Source: Lama glama
Lineage: Eukaryota
NCBI GenBank assembly: GCA_028534125.1
Contig: CM052818.1
Span: 26,414,001-26,478,000, forward strand
DNA: 64,000 bases
Reading direction: 5' to 3'
Within the stretch, counting starts at the first letter, position 1, and every line of letters begins with the position of its first letter. This document shows, in pieces, positions 39,221 through 52,494 of this stretch. The position numbers were made by a program, and so were the translations under genes. The notes below the pieces were generated by a model that saw only the letters and a list, made by a program, of their open reading frames with translations, was not told the origin of the DNA and did no database searches.

Positions 39221-39979
39221 CAGAAGCCTCTTACTTCACAATATAAAGTACTGACCCCCCTCCCCATAAATAATCTGACTTGCTCAGGTTCACTGAGCTA
39301 GTGAGTCACAAAACCAGTCTGCGAATCCCATGCCCAATGCCCTCTGCCTACTCGGTCACAGTGATTTTCCCACACACTCAGGGGAGGGCAGCACATATCA
39401 AAATCACACATAGCTACATGATCATTTTGGTGGTGAATGGTACTTAGAAACCAAGATCTAGCCATGGGTTCTGTTCACTGCTACAGGGATGTCATTGCTT
39501 CTAGTGAATTTCAGCTGACAAAACGAGAAAAATAGCCATATAACACCCTCCATTTGCGTCAAGTTAGTATTACATGAATAATGATCTATTGATTTTTGGT
39601 TAACTCGTGAAAATGCCAAATTCTCTGCCAAAGGAGATAAAGGAAAAAAGGAGGTGTGTCGAAGAGAGAGAGTAAAGTTACTGGTGATGCCAGTCAAAAT
39701 TTGTAAACTGAGTAGAACTGTAATGGGTTTAATGATATATATCAGAGGGCTCAGAGGGCTTTAGAACAGAGGTTAAATAAAGCACGTCGTTTCCTGCGGC
39801 GGGATGAGAAGTAGGGTGGAGTTCTAAGCAGATGATCACAATAATAGGTAGAAGCTGCAATTCTGTTCTTTTTAGAGCTCAGCACACAACTCTCATGGAA
39901 ATAAGTTTTTTGGGAAATGCTTAGTGATCACTTAATCCAATCTCTGTATTTTATAGATTAGGACCCTGAGGCTGTAAAG

Positions 39980-40215
39980 CTGCACATACATGGGGCTTGG
40001 AGCCCTGGCTCTGGAGGCAGATATTCCTGCATTTGTGTCCCCTCTCTGCTCATCACTTGCTCTGTAAGTTTTGGACAAATGACTTAACTTCTCTATCCTA
40101 GTTACCTCACCTAAATCTCTTAGGTTTGTTGTATTTAAAGGAAATAATGCATGTTAAGTAATTTAGCTCAGTGGTTGGCACATGGAGCATGCCATATAAA
40201 TGATCTTTCTAATTA
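39980..40215 (+). mobile_element. MIR SINE
   Basis: ggctctggaggcaga..cacttgct..ttggacaaatgacttaacttctct..ataatgcatgt..ttagctcagtg..tggcacat. Confidence 0.7.
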
Positions 40216-41731
40216 TTAACACCTGTTATAATAACAAACATTTATACAGCACTCATTACTATCATTAATGCTATTATTGTTATTTGGTCAAATTTACAAA
40301 AAACGAAATAGTAACTGGAGTCGAACCAGACCTAAACTCCTCTCCCACTTTATAGTGACTTTCAAGCTATGTCCCATAGAGTCTTGGGATTGGAGGAAGT
40401 GCTTTAAAGGAGAAGCTGGACAGAGTTCTGGATCTCCTATTCTCACTTCATTTGATATTTCTTTTAAAGCAAGAGCGCCACTCTAAAAATGATTTTGAAA
40501 ACCACTGCAGAATATTAATTTCCACCATGGTGTCATTAAAAATGAAATCAGTAGCAAGCAAAGGATAGGACTACATACCTTGATCTTAAAGAAATGAAAA
40601 CAGCTTATGAGAAGTCAAGTAGTGGGTTTGAAATAAATTAGGCAAACCCTGTCTCTCCTTTCTTTTCTATTGATATGATTTTCCCAGGAAGCTCAGTTTA
40701 GAGGGGCAGCAGGATAGAATAGATTCACTACAAAGGTTTCCAATCTTAACCAACACCCACTTCCACCATCCCTTCTCAACTTAAGCTTGGCCATCTTTCT
40801 TGCATTAAGTGCATCACATCCACTCCTTGGATGCCCACATGTGCTACAGTCAAAAAGGTCGACTGTGGAAAATCTCTGGAATTTGATCTGAAAAAGTAGA
40901 AACTCTGGGAGAGGACAACTGTTAATCTGAAGGTATAATTTCATGTCCCTTTAAGACTGTGACTTGTCAGGCTCCAATTTCTCTCTCACATGAAGATAAT
41001 CTAGACCCAGAGACACAGAATATGAGAAGGAACTGTGAACATGTTGGTAAAAATAAGAGAGCAGATGATTTGTGTGATAGCCCAACTGAACTTTAGTGGC
41101 CTAATGATTTTCAAAAGCTCCTTGCAAAGCTGCAATTACCTACAGTGGTGCTCAGAAACTACCTTTCAGCTTAAAGTTCACTTATGCTCTTGTCCTCCCC
41201 CATTGTAATATTTTGGATCAACTGCTTCTTTGTAATCAATTCTCACACCTAAAGTGTCAAACAAGAAGGGACTAACTTTCTTCCATTCTGAAGATTAATC
41301 CTTCACTTTAGAAGAAGATCTATGCTTTTGAGTCATAAAAAAAGCCAACATTTTCCAGAACTTAGAAGGAGAATGACAAAAAGAAAAAAGAATGAAAACA
41401 TCAGTGAATCAATTTCCCTTTCCGTACAGATTTGAGAGGTGAGATAATTCTCATTTCTGCCAAGAGGCTTCCGTCTCTGACAGTTGACTCAGTATGCGGC
41501 AGATTGTGAGAGATGGGTTTTGGACCACAAATGGTAGCTAGGAGAAACTGAACTGGGTCAAGCTAACTTTTGCAAGCTGTCTTAGGATTTTAGGAAATAA
41601 AGGAAAACTCTTACCTCTGTAACTCAATTTTGTGTTTGGGAGGGTTGTGGTGGGATGATAGCAGAATGATCAGACAGCCAAGATGGGATTCACCTGTCCT
41701 GGCCTTTTTTGAGCTCTGATACTAATGTGAT

Positions 41732-42232
41732 TCACGGGTGTGGCAGCCATGGAGAGGTGACACTCAGATCTTCTGTTAAGAGAGAATCTCTAGTGAGAAG
41801 TATACTTATATGTCAGTTTGCAGCTTCCAAAGCTTTGGGATCCATTTTAGCATTCACACCAAGGCTGTGGTTTTCCAGAGCAGCTCCTAGCCAATGATTA
41901 GGGAGCATGGGATGGGGGCAGGGTGGGGAGCAGACTAAAACCAGGCATTCCTGCCCAATGGAGGAATTTCTCTAGTGAGAACTGTTGCTTTAAGGCTCCT
42001 CATCAACCTAGCTAAGACTTTCTCAGAGCTGTCCTGCGGTCTGAAGCTCTTCCTACACAATTCTTCTTCCTTCCTACTCTCCCTTCAAGAACATCAGGCT
42101 TGCATCATGATCTGAGGCCCTGCCCACTGCCTCCTGCTCCCTCTCCCTTTCTCTTTCGTAAGCATTATCCCTACCAAACGTCTTGCATTTCTATTTCCAT
42201 CCTGGTATCTGCTTCCTGGAGGACCTAAACAT
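41732..42232 (+). mobile_element. ERVL solo LTR (LTR16-like)
   Basis: tgtggcagccatggag..ctcagatc..cagctcctagccaatga..ctgaagctcttcctac..tcttgca..tatctgcttcctggaggacctaaac. Confidence 0.75.
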
Positions 42233-44069
42233 AGGCAACAGGGAAGGAGCAGAACTTTTTTCTTCTTACTCCATGCTCCTTCACACAATGCCTTGTCTTT
42301 CTAACCAGCCTGCACTTTCCCCTTTAAGCAGCAGCTGTGGCCTTCAGCAGTGTTTGCCCTCCACAGTCATGTGGTCTTTTGCCATTTACTTTCCCAACGG
42401 AAACACCAAGCCTTAGCAGACTAGAAACAGCACAGTATCTTTAATGAATCAAAAGTAAATATGAAAAGCCAAGAAGGTGCCGAGATGTTAGGGCAAAGTC
42501 TGCCCCAACTGGAGACTTAAGGGTGAGTGTGTGTGTATGTGTGTGTGTTCATTCCCTCTTGGAGGAGACAGAGGTGGTAAATATTTAAAACTTAGAAAGA
42601 ACTTTCTTCTCATGGTTTTAAAGAGAGAGAACAAATTAATATAGATGCATTATTTCACCTTGTCAACTCCCTTGCTTATCCTCAAAACTACCAGATCATT
42701 TGGTAATGTAGAATGCATTCACTTCTATTTTTTATTTGTCTGTTTTCCTCTTTATTTTCATAACTCAGTGAAACAGTCCAAAATTGGCGGGAAAAGCCAG
42801 GGGGGAAAAATATGACTGAGGTGAATACACTATAAACTCTATAATCAGTGTTTAATCAAGAAATTGCTACAATTTAGAATGTCATTATCCTATTTTAACT
42901 TTTCCAAGTAATCTATTCAACATCATTTTAATTACTAAAATGAAAAAGACCTAGGAAATCAAAGTAAAAATCACTTTTTACTTAATAAAAAAGTAAACAG
43001 CTGGTTGTGACTGAGCTACCTAGCGCTGGAGGTAAGGAGAAAGATTAAAAGTCTCTGAAATTCCTTCCAACAATGGAGTCTAAGTTCAGGAAATTAATTT
43101 TTAAAAATTGAAACACATACAAATCCTATTTAGTTACAACCACTAAGTGTATGAATTCTGTTCGCTCTGGCTTGGAACATGAAAGATGAGTTACCCCAGT
43201 CAGATCCTATTTATCTACCCCATAGAGATTTTATTCTTAGGTAGCCAGAAATACTGAATCCACTTCTTTCTCTGTCTCTCTTTCTTCCTGTCCTCTCTTC
43301 TGCCAGCTCCCCAAAGCCTACAGGATACTCTTAAGTGCAGTATGTGTTGGGTTAAAGGTTACACTCTCAGCATTAACAAATACTTTAGGATTTCTCATCA
43401 CCTTAGACCTTACCACTTCCTACTCTCCACCAACAAGGTAAGAAGTCACTGTTAAATTATCTGGACTCAGTATTATGACAAATGCACACACTCTGTCTTG
43501 TTTGCTTCATTCCATCTGTGTATGGCCTAAAATAGCTGACCAGGACAGTCTTTCATCTTTGATCTCATCAACGGACTTTCCCATGAGAAGCAGCTAGTGA
43601 AGCCCAAGCCTATGCACCAGACTCTTTCTAGACCCAGTCAACTCACCACATCCGACACTTCAAACAAAATCAGTAAAAGTGGCAGCTATGAGTCACTAAG
43701 GACAAACAGCATTCCTGAAAGAAATGAACATCACTAGTGGAAACACATTGGTGCTTACTTTGAAAACTCTATGAGTCCCTATAGACCTGCATAGTATTAG
43801 GCCTAAATTCTCTCCAATTCTAGGATGCTGACTGTTGGCTGTTCAAGTTTCTATAAATTTAACTATCTCCTCTCTTTTTCTTTTTTTTGGACTGGAACAA
43901 ACTAGCATCAGAAATACTTCTGACAGTTGATGTGTTCTGTAACACTGTCCTTCCAATTATTGTTAGGCACTTAAAGGGGCAACTAACTATAATTTGCTCT
44001 ATACCAGTGGCTTTCAATTTGGGGGACCTACATATTATATTACAACCTGGTAGACACACACACACACAC

Positions 44070-44350
44070 ACAAGATGACAGTGGAAGAGCAACCTAAAGA
44101 GACAAGACAACCAAATGTCATGTGGGATCCATCATGATATATCCTGGAACAGAACAAGAACATTAGGTTCCAACTAAGGAAATTTACATTAATATGAAAT
44201 TCAGCTAACAGTAATAGTGTGTCACTATTGATTCATCAGAGTGAAAAATGTACCACAGTAATCTAAGATGCCATAATAGGGGGAAATGGGTGTAGGGTAT
44301 ACAGGCACTTTCTGCACTACCTTTGTCACTATTCTAAAATAAAAGGCTCA
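44070..44350 (+). mobile_element. L1 3'UTR fragment (L1MC/MD-like)
   Basis: ctaaagagacaagacaaccaaatg..tcctggaacagaa..aaatgtaccac..taagatg..gggtatacagg.act.tctg.acta..tattctaaaataaaa. Confidence 0.75.
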
Positions 44351-45477
44351 TTAAGAAAACATCAACAACAGAAAAGGCAGTGGCTGACATGTAGTGTGGG
44401 AGGAAATGCTGTGACATCAGGCTCTTTCTTCCAAAGCCCTACCCTTGACACACCCCGCACTGTAAAATGCTGCTGCTGATTCAGAGTCCCTTCCAATCAT
44501 GCAGATGGAGTAAAAAGCCATAAGATGATGAAGATAAAGCGCCTGCGATGTACACTGGAAGAGCAGCTGACTAATGGCAAGTGTGATTATTAAGCTAAGC
44601 CTAGCATCTTATTGTTCTCTAACAGGGGCCCAGAGGGAAGCAATAAAAGCTCTGTGAAATTTACTCTGAAATTTGAAATGTGTCCAAATCACCAGTTGCC
44701 AACTAACCTGCCCAAAAATCTGACAGGGAATTCAAACCAGAATGTTTTCCTGTGTAAGAGAGGTGCCATTTTTGCTTCTTCTATTTTTTTCTCCCCTTCT
44801 TGTTAAGAACTGTGGGTTGGCAAGGAAACATCTGAATCAGATGGAAGAAATAAAAGTCAGGAAAAAATGGCACAAAACCAAACATATCTCTGGAGCTGAA
44901 GAAAATCCTGGCTGTGATAGGAATTCAAGCCTTTCCAATATAGGTCTGAAAGAAGCAAACCTCAAAGCCAACATATGAGTGTGAAACTTCATAAAATACA
45001 AGTGTTCACGAATGGAAGCTGATTAACTTTCCAAAACACCGTCATGCCCAGTATTTCAGATCAGCTGAAGCTCAAACTGGTGCTGATGCAGGGCTCAAAG
45101 CAAAAATAATATGGATATTATGAAAACTCTCACTTTTATCTAATAGGTCAACCCTTCTTTTCATTTGTGACATGATCCTTTCTGGCTCCTGTATCCCAAG
45201 GAAGAAGGTTGTGATTCTTACTTAAGTAGCCTGAGCCAAGGGAGCAGCCTGTCCAAACTCAGCACTTCTCAAATCCTTTTTTTTAAAAGGTAAATTCTTA
45301 TATGAAAGAATCTTATTTGAAACCCTAATATATAATCAACTAAAATCAGAGCTGTTCTGAATGAGGACACAGAGCTACCTCTTTTAGTGACTATATTACT
45401 TGATATATTTATTTCGAGTGTATAAAAATTTCATCATTTACAGGAATATGTTAAAAAATTGTCCCAACATTTTGTAT

Positions 45478-45927
45478 TGTCAACTTCAAAAATATAATAG
45501 CCAGTTATTTCACCAGCAAAAAACAGTTTATTCAGGAACAGCCAGAGTAATTGCAGCTCGGGATATTCAAACTAGGGCAGACCATAGACAAATCTGGAGA
45601 ACAAGAAAGGAGAATTTGCTTTTACAGAGCAAAGGTGGTAGTTAGAAGTAGATGCAATAAAACCAAAGTGCCCATTGGAAGAAGCCAGGAATCCAAAAAC
45701 TGGGGCTTCTCATTGGTTGGGCTGCTACAGTCTCTGACTAACTGGACTGTTGGTGGAGAGAAGTTTTCTTCTTCCTGCTGGAGAATAAAGTAGGCAACAT
45801 CTTTCTACAGGAGATGCAGGTGTTATGTCTCTTTCTGTTTGAAGTAACTGCGGTGGGGAGCAAGAGCTCCTCCTGTAGGTCTGTCCCAACTCCAATTTTA
45901 GTTGAGGTTTCTTTAGTTAATTCCACA
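45478..45927 (-). mobile_element. ERV1-like solo LTR
   Basis: TG...CA termini; 4-bp TSD gtat/atat; on the minus strand CCAAT boxes are followed by a degenerate TATA and an AATAAA (tttatt at ~45527). Confidence 0.7.
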
Positions 45928-46119
45928 ATATTTAGTTGACTGATACAGAAAACTGTATTTTTCCATTATAAATTATATCAATATAATAATTTTACTCTAA
46001 ATTTGTATAACTAGTGGACTTCCTTGTCCCTGGGAACCTCAGAGACTAAAATGTTTCAAAACAGATTTAGAGATGAGAGGAAGCAAAGCCCTAAGATGAA
46101 TACCAGATTTGGCAGAAAT

Positions 46120-46555
46120 TGGCCAGATGGTCACCTGTCCCATTTTTTCCTCCAGGGAACAGAGGAATACCACATATTCCAGCTGCCCTTGCAAATAGAT
46201 TCTGAGAATGTGACTGAGTATATTTTGGCCAATGAAATATGAATGAAAACATGTGTCTCTCTCAGGCCTTGTCTCTAAAATTTCCCCTGCACTCTTTCTC
46301 TCTATATAGATATAGATATAAATATAGATATTGATGTAGATATAGATACAGATATGTATCTCTTATCTATATACTGGAAAATAAGCACTGCCAGTTGGTA
46401 GAGTTACAAGACAGAAGGAAACCAGATCCCTGAGTTTCTGTTTAAATGAGAATGGCCTAGGAAAGCTACACTGGCAGCATCACACTGTGATGTGAGCAAG
46501 AAATAAAATTTTGTTAAGCCACTGGGATTTGAAGGCTTGTTACCACAGTGAGATA
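46120..46555 (+). mobile_element. Old MaLR LTR (MLT1I/J-like) containing a (TAGATA)n tract at ~46300-46355
   Basis: atgtgactgag..tggccaatgaaat..gtgagcaagaaataaa..tgttaagccactg.gatttg. Confidence 0.7.
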
Positions 46556-46740
46556 CAGAAGACATGAACTTCTAAAATTTAATTTCATTTTTTAAAAATT
46601 TAAAAATTTTGTTTAGAGTGCTAATTTCAGCCTGAGTCTTCTCAATACCGCAGATTCCTTTTTAAACTTATTACTAGAAAAGTGGTGTTTCATGAAGAAT
46701 TGGCATGCATTATCCAAGCAGATAAGAATTGTTACTCATC

Positions 46741-47638
46741 AAAAGAAGTAAGCTTATACAATGGAGAAAAGACAGTCTCTTCAATAAGTGATGCTGGGGA
46801 AACTGGAAAGTTACATGTAGAAGAATGAAATTATGACATTTTCTCAAACCATATACAAAAATAAGCTCAAAATGGATTAAAGACCCAAATGTAAGGCCAG
46901 AAACCATAAAACTCCTACAAGAAAACAAAGGCAGAACACTTTTTAACATAAACTGCAGTGATTTTTTTTTTTAGATCTGGCTCCTAAGGCAAAGGAAACA
47001 TAAGCAAAAATAAACAAATGTTATCTAATTAAACTTTAAAGCTTTTGCATAGCAAAGGAAACCATGGACAAAATGAAAAGACAACCTACTGAATGGGAGA
47101 AAATATTTGCAAATGATACAACTGATAAGGAGTAAATATCCAAATTATATGAACAGCTCATGCAAATCAATATAAAAAGACCAATTTGATTTATATATAT
47201 ATAGTGGAATACTACTCAACCATAAAAAAGAATAAAAATTTGCCCTTTACAACAACATGGATAGCCCTGGAGTGTATTATGCTTAGTGAAATACATCAGA
47301 CAGAGAGAGACAAATATTTTATTTTATCACTTATGTGTAGAATTTAAAAAATAAAACAAACTAATAAATATAACAATAAAGAAACTTATAGGTATAGAGG
47401 ACAAACTAGTGGTTACCAGTGGGGAAAGGGAAGAGGGGAGGACACGATAGGGGTAAGGGATTAAGAGGGCCAAACTATCATGTATAAGATAAATAAGCTA
47501 CTATATTGTATAGTACAGGGAATATGGGCAATATTTTATAATAATTATAGAGTATAATCCATAAAAATTTTGAATCACTGTGCTGTACATCTGAAACTAA
47601 CATAATATTGTAAATTGACTATACCTCAACTTAAAAAA
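46741..47638 (+). mobile_element. 5'-truncated L1 with an internal deletion at ~47185
   Basis: ORF2 text (gacagtctcttcaataa.tg.tgctggga.aactgg..; gcttttgcatagcaaaggaaacc) and 3'UTR ending atacctcaacttaaaaaaaa; TSD aagaattgttactcatc (46724-46740) / aagaattatgttactcatc (47639-47657). Confidence 0.95.
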
Positions 47639-50527
47639 AAGAATTATGTTACTCATCCTTTTGCCCTGGTACCAGAAATCTTGGATCAGAATCAATGTTT
47701 AATCACAGTAATTGGTTTAGCCCTCTTGTTTAATGTATTTGTTGCTGATTCCCCTATAGGGGCTTGATTTCCAATGTTTTTCTTAACATTTGATGTTTCT
47801 TAATATTGGAACCACTGGATAAATTTTGGAAAGATTTGGTATAAATGAGTAAATCTTTCAAGAGAAATGACACTACCAAACAAAACAAAACAAATGTCAG
47901 GAATTTTTTTTAAAGTAATATTTTACTTATGTGATGAGAAAAATTTCCCATCATTGTGTCTGTTCAGGTAGGTGTCACATCACAATTAAATGGAGATTTA
48001 TACAACATGGTGGTTTACAGAGTGCCTACTCTGTTGTGGAGGAACTCAGGCAAGATCTTCCTGGTCCAGTCAATGGAAGACCACTTGACCATATTGTAAC
48101 CACTTCCTTATTGGTCCAGATGCATGAAGAGCATGAGTTGCAAATAAATTTCTATTTTATAAAAATGAGAATTAGATTTAAAAAACAGACTTTAGTTCAA
48201 ATAACTTTTTTTCTATTAAAGCCTAAAGAATCTCCCATAATTGTTCATTTGATGCCAAGACCAAGACAACATCTCTTTGCAGCAATAACTGCTATCATTT
48301 TCTATTTTGTAGGCTTTCTACTGGAATGTTAGTATATGCCTCTTCTCTGGTGATCAAATGAATAATAGGTGTTTGGTAGCAGGTTCTGCTTCCACTTGTG
48401 GAGGAGTGGCTTCCAATAAAACCTCAGCCTCAGAAACATAACAAGGGCAACAGAGAACATGTACAAGCATGGTTCATCTACCTGGTAAGGACTATTTCAC
48501 ATTATGAAAAGAGTCATAAATAGATACTCCCAAATAGACCTACATGTTCCTTCCTCCTCCCTCTAATGCCAAGGCAGAAATTTATTTTTAAATGTCAAGC
48601 AGTAGTTATGATGTCCTCCTCCCCAAGGGAGTGCATCTGAGTTCTTATCCTGGGAAGGAGTCAAGAACAGTCAGAGTAACCCAGTGGACCTAAGGGATGG
48701 GAGCCCTGTGCTGCTATAGCAGGGGATCAGAGGCATCCCTTCACACTGCCCATTTCAGCAGCAATAATGGGCCTTGTACTCTGGTAGCAGCAACAACCAC
48801 ACAATGGCTTTTTCTGGAGTATCTGGTTCTCCAAACTGAGTCCTCTAGCTTCATTTCTGGCCAATAGCAGAACAAGGTGGGAGCAGCTGCCTTGTGATTG
48901 GGTTAAGTTCTTTGAGTTCTTATACAGGAAGAGGGACTATAGTACTGAAAGACATTTGTGCAAAATGAGATAGGGAGGAGATGTGACTTTCTGTATTTCC
49001 CTCAAGATGGTGAAGTACACATCAAGTGCAAATGTGAAAATATACCCAAAGGGGGATATTTACAAAGTTTTTAATACAATTCTTCATGCTAACAAACTAG
49101 CAGAGTTTACATAAGATGAATTAGAACAACTTAAAATTTATTTATTAGTAATGTAAGTGCCAGGTACTATGTGATTTGCTAGGTATATAAAGATAAATAA
49201 CATATGGCCCCTATCCATGAAAAGCTGATTATCTCTGAACCACTATCTGACCACAGGGAAGGTTTACCATTGGCATCACCTGGCAAAAATATTCTGCTCA
49301 AGGCCTGGTATCATCTTATGAGCCAAAACTCTGAATGCCATTGGATTTGATAGATTCAACAAGTATTGTCATAACAGCAATGATGTCAACAATGGTAAGG
49401 AAAAATGGCACCAACGTCATATTCTTTGCACTCAGCCCAGGGATTAGGGAGAGCATTGTCTCTCAGACCTCTCCAATCCAGTATCTACACCCTGATTTCA
49501 AAGTCCTTATGCTTGCTTATTAATTTGGGTATGCTGGGGAACCAAAGTTTCTACTTACTGGTATTCTTGCCTCACTTTAATCTCTCGACTAAAGAAGCTG
49601 TGGTATTTGATGAGCAAGAAGCCACAGGGATAAGATATAGATTCTAGATCATGGCTGTGATCTAGGGTAGGGAACTATGAAATTCCTAAAGTTGTACACA
49701 ATATTGTTTGTGAGCAGGGATATTTTGTTGAATAACTAATGTCTGCCTTAATCAGTTTCTGTCTGTAGAGAATGAGTATAAGGGTAATTTCTCCCTCCTC
49801 TCTCCCAGAGAGATAAACAAGCTTCCTTTTTCAAATTTCTAGGATCTAGTTCTGCCCTGATGATCATCTCCATCCACTACTTTGCTGAAGGTAGAGGGCA
49901 GAGATGGGAATTGCCCTAGAAAAGGGAAGACAAGGGGAATATGGCTGATAGGTGGGGATGGGATGGGTTGGTGACGGTTCCTTAGAACCAGGAGTAAGGA
50001 GTGAGGGGAGAGGTGCTGTCCATACAAGTTCTTCTGGTAACAGGACTCAAAAAGAATAGTCCAGAGGTATTAAGGACATGCATGAGAATAGCCAGGTGTA
50101 TATTTCCTTGGAGAGACACCTAAAGAGTCTGAATGATAGTGCTGCAGTCTGGGAACTCAGCATAGATCCCTGAGCAGAACCACACGTTATCAGGTGTACT
50201 TCTGAGTAGAGAGAACTGAAGTAAAATCCTGAGTCTCTCCCCAGTATTTCCAGGCCAGGCTTCCCGTACAATCTCATGTGAATAGCTAGAAAGAACGAGA
50301 AAGGCCCTCCCACAAGTAATTGAACTTGTATTTCTCAACCACCTGGTGGGCGGAAGGCTGAGTCAGATAGGATTTGGGAAAATTAAGGATGAGACATCTC
50401 TTACACTTCCAAGACCATGGAGCAAAGGCAAGTCAATTACATGCATATGTACATTTTCTTTTAGGAAAAGTGCCCAGAACTTTCATCAGATTCTTAAAAG
50501 GATCTAAGCATTAGGAGATAGGGGGTG

Positions 50528-50960
50528 TTTTTAGGTTGGGCTTCTCGAGATGAGGATTTGAGATTTGTGAGCAAGTGATTTATTAAGAAAGTGCTTTTTG
50601 AGGAGACTAGCCAGAGAGTGGAGGAGGCAGAGAGGGGAGGGGAGGAAGTGAAGCAAGGCTGCAGTCTTTAGGCAAAGCCCTCACAGAGGATGACTTCAGC
50701 CGGATCAACCTCAGAGGTGTAAGTTACACTTCCCAGTGGCACCAACTGAGACAATAGTGTTGGGCTTCCATAGCCCCTTACTTGTAGGCCATTAATCAAG
50801 GGCCACAGGTAGGACTGTGCAGATAAATTTCCAGGCACTTTAGGCTGATGGCTCTCTGTACAGGCTCTGGCAGAACTAAAAGCAGATTTCCAAAGAACTT
50901 CAAATACTGTCGATTAGAAGCAATGCACAAGAAAGGAGTCAGGGAGTGTGCATAAAAATG
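50528..50960 (-). mobile_element. ERVL LTR (LTR16/LTR33-like)
   Basis: ttaggttggg..gagatgaggatttg..gcaagtgatttattaagaaagtgct..gggaggaagtgaagcaagg. Confidence 0.6.
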
Positions 50961-51616
50961 GTCAAGAAAAAAAGAGAGATCTTATGAGATCTGGGTAGAA
51001 GCACCAATATTGTTCACTGCTCCCCTTGAAAAGGGGTATTCTTAAAAAGGCAACTGTAACTGGAGTGCCAGGGACTTGGTGGTCCAAACAAAGCCATGGG
51101 AACTCTAAGGAAAGAAGAGCTAGATCAAAGAGCTGGGGCTGAGAAAAGGGAGACTGTATATGTGTTAAGAGGAAAGCTTCCAGAACAAATGTGTCTGAAA
51201 GTTTGGTAGATCTGCTCCTCAGACCTTCCAGAAAATGTTTCTTCACTGGACATTAGCTGTCTCTGTTCTAAGAGTTGATAGGCCTTTCCCTTCACTCACA
51301 GTTTTTTAGCCATTTCTCCATCTGAGTCCCAGTCTCTGGCCATTCTGCTGGGCCTTCTTTCCTCCGTCTTCTTCCTCCTGCTCACAGCCCCTCTTCCAGG
51401 ATCTCTCTCTCCCTGGGTCACCTAACTAATATCTTTCTCTTTTATAATGCAGAGAAACATAATTCTTTTTGTTTCACTCCTAGACCAGTGAAGCTGTGCC
51501 CAGTGGGTCTCATTTTCATAAGCAAACATACCCATATAAGGTGCATTCTTAAGCAGAGGCAGCTCTTCCCCCAGAGAGTCTGCAGTCAGCACTTGATGTG
51601 ATTTTCCCTCCCTATT

Positions 51617-51651
51617 ACACACAGACACACACACACACACACACACACACA
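51617..51651. repeat. (CA)n microsatellite inside a minus-strand MIR (~51560-51780)
   Basis: acacacagacacacac... followed by gagaaactgagacccc.agag..acttgcccaaggcca..ctagtcagtgacagaaccagg. Confidence 0.85.
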
Positions 51652-52494
51652 GAGAGAAACTGAGACCCCGAGAGATGACAACTTGCCCAAGGCCATTTAA
51701 CTAGTCAGTGACAGAACCAGGACAAGAACTCAGTCTTAACTCTCTCTTCAGTGTTTAGTACCTCCAGACACACTGGCTCCTAAGTGTTCAAGCCTTTTGT
51801 ATCAATGGTAATGAAAATTAAATAGTTTCTTGAAAGCAGCAATTCAAGTTAAACGTCAAGTGCATTCCGATACATGGATTTTTTTTTCTGAATCTATGGA
51901 GCTGAGGCACGTGGTATAAATGTGGGGAAAAAGAAATTAGCATATATCCCAAAATAAAGGTGTCTTTCCAAATGGTATACGATTGAAAGGGACTGCTTAG
52001 AGAGATGATTAATTTGAAAACCTTGTAGTGTCAATAAAAATACTTTCTTTACTGAATATTTTATTAATTTCATCAAAATCATAAAATGGATGATAAAGTT
52101 GAAAGATGTTTCAATTAAGTAATCTGATTCACTTTCTTGCCTTCAAACAGAAATTTCCAGAGAAATTAGATAAGCACCAGAAGTCACAGATTTAGTATTG
52201 ACTCAAAGGTAACTTAGAGTCCAGGTCTTCTACTGCCTCGTTCTCCAGAAGTCACATCTAATACTGTCCTTCACAGATAAACAATGCACTTTTCACACAC
52301 CATACTTGAAATTGCTGTGTTCTTTACCAGCCTGTCCAATTACTCTTAGTAATGAGAGGACGTGAGATTGTTGGGTCACTGGTTTGGATGTTAGAAACAA
52401 AAAGAAAACCTGGCTAAACTGTAAGTCACTGCAGGTAGCTTTAACTTACTTTTTTATAACAGGAGGTCTTGGCTGGACAGGAGCTGAATCATAA

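Noticed and set aside
46710..46949. 79-aa minus-strand ORF (also 31231-31500 and 31709-31891)
   Set aside because: Familiar antisense-L1 translation products.
47931..48332. 133-aa plus-strand ORF
   Set aside because: AT-rich, intron-like composition in the second half; no domain recognised.
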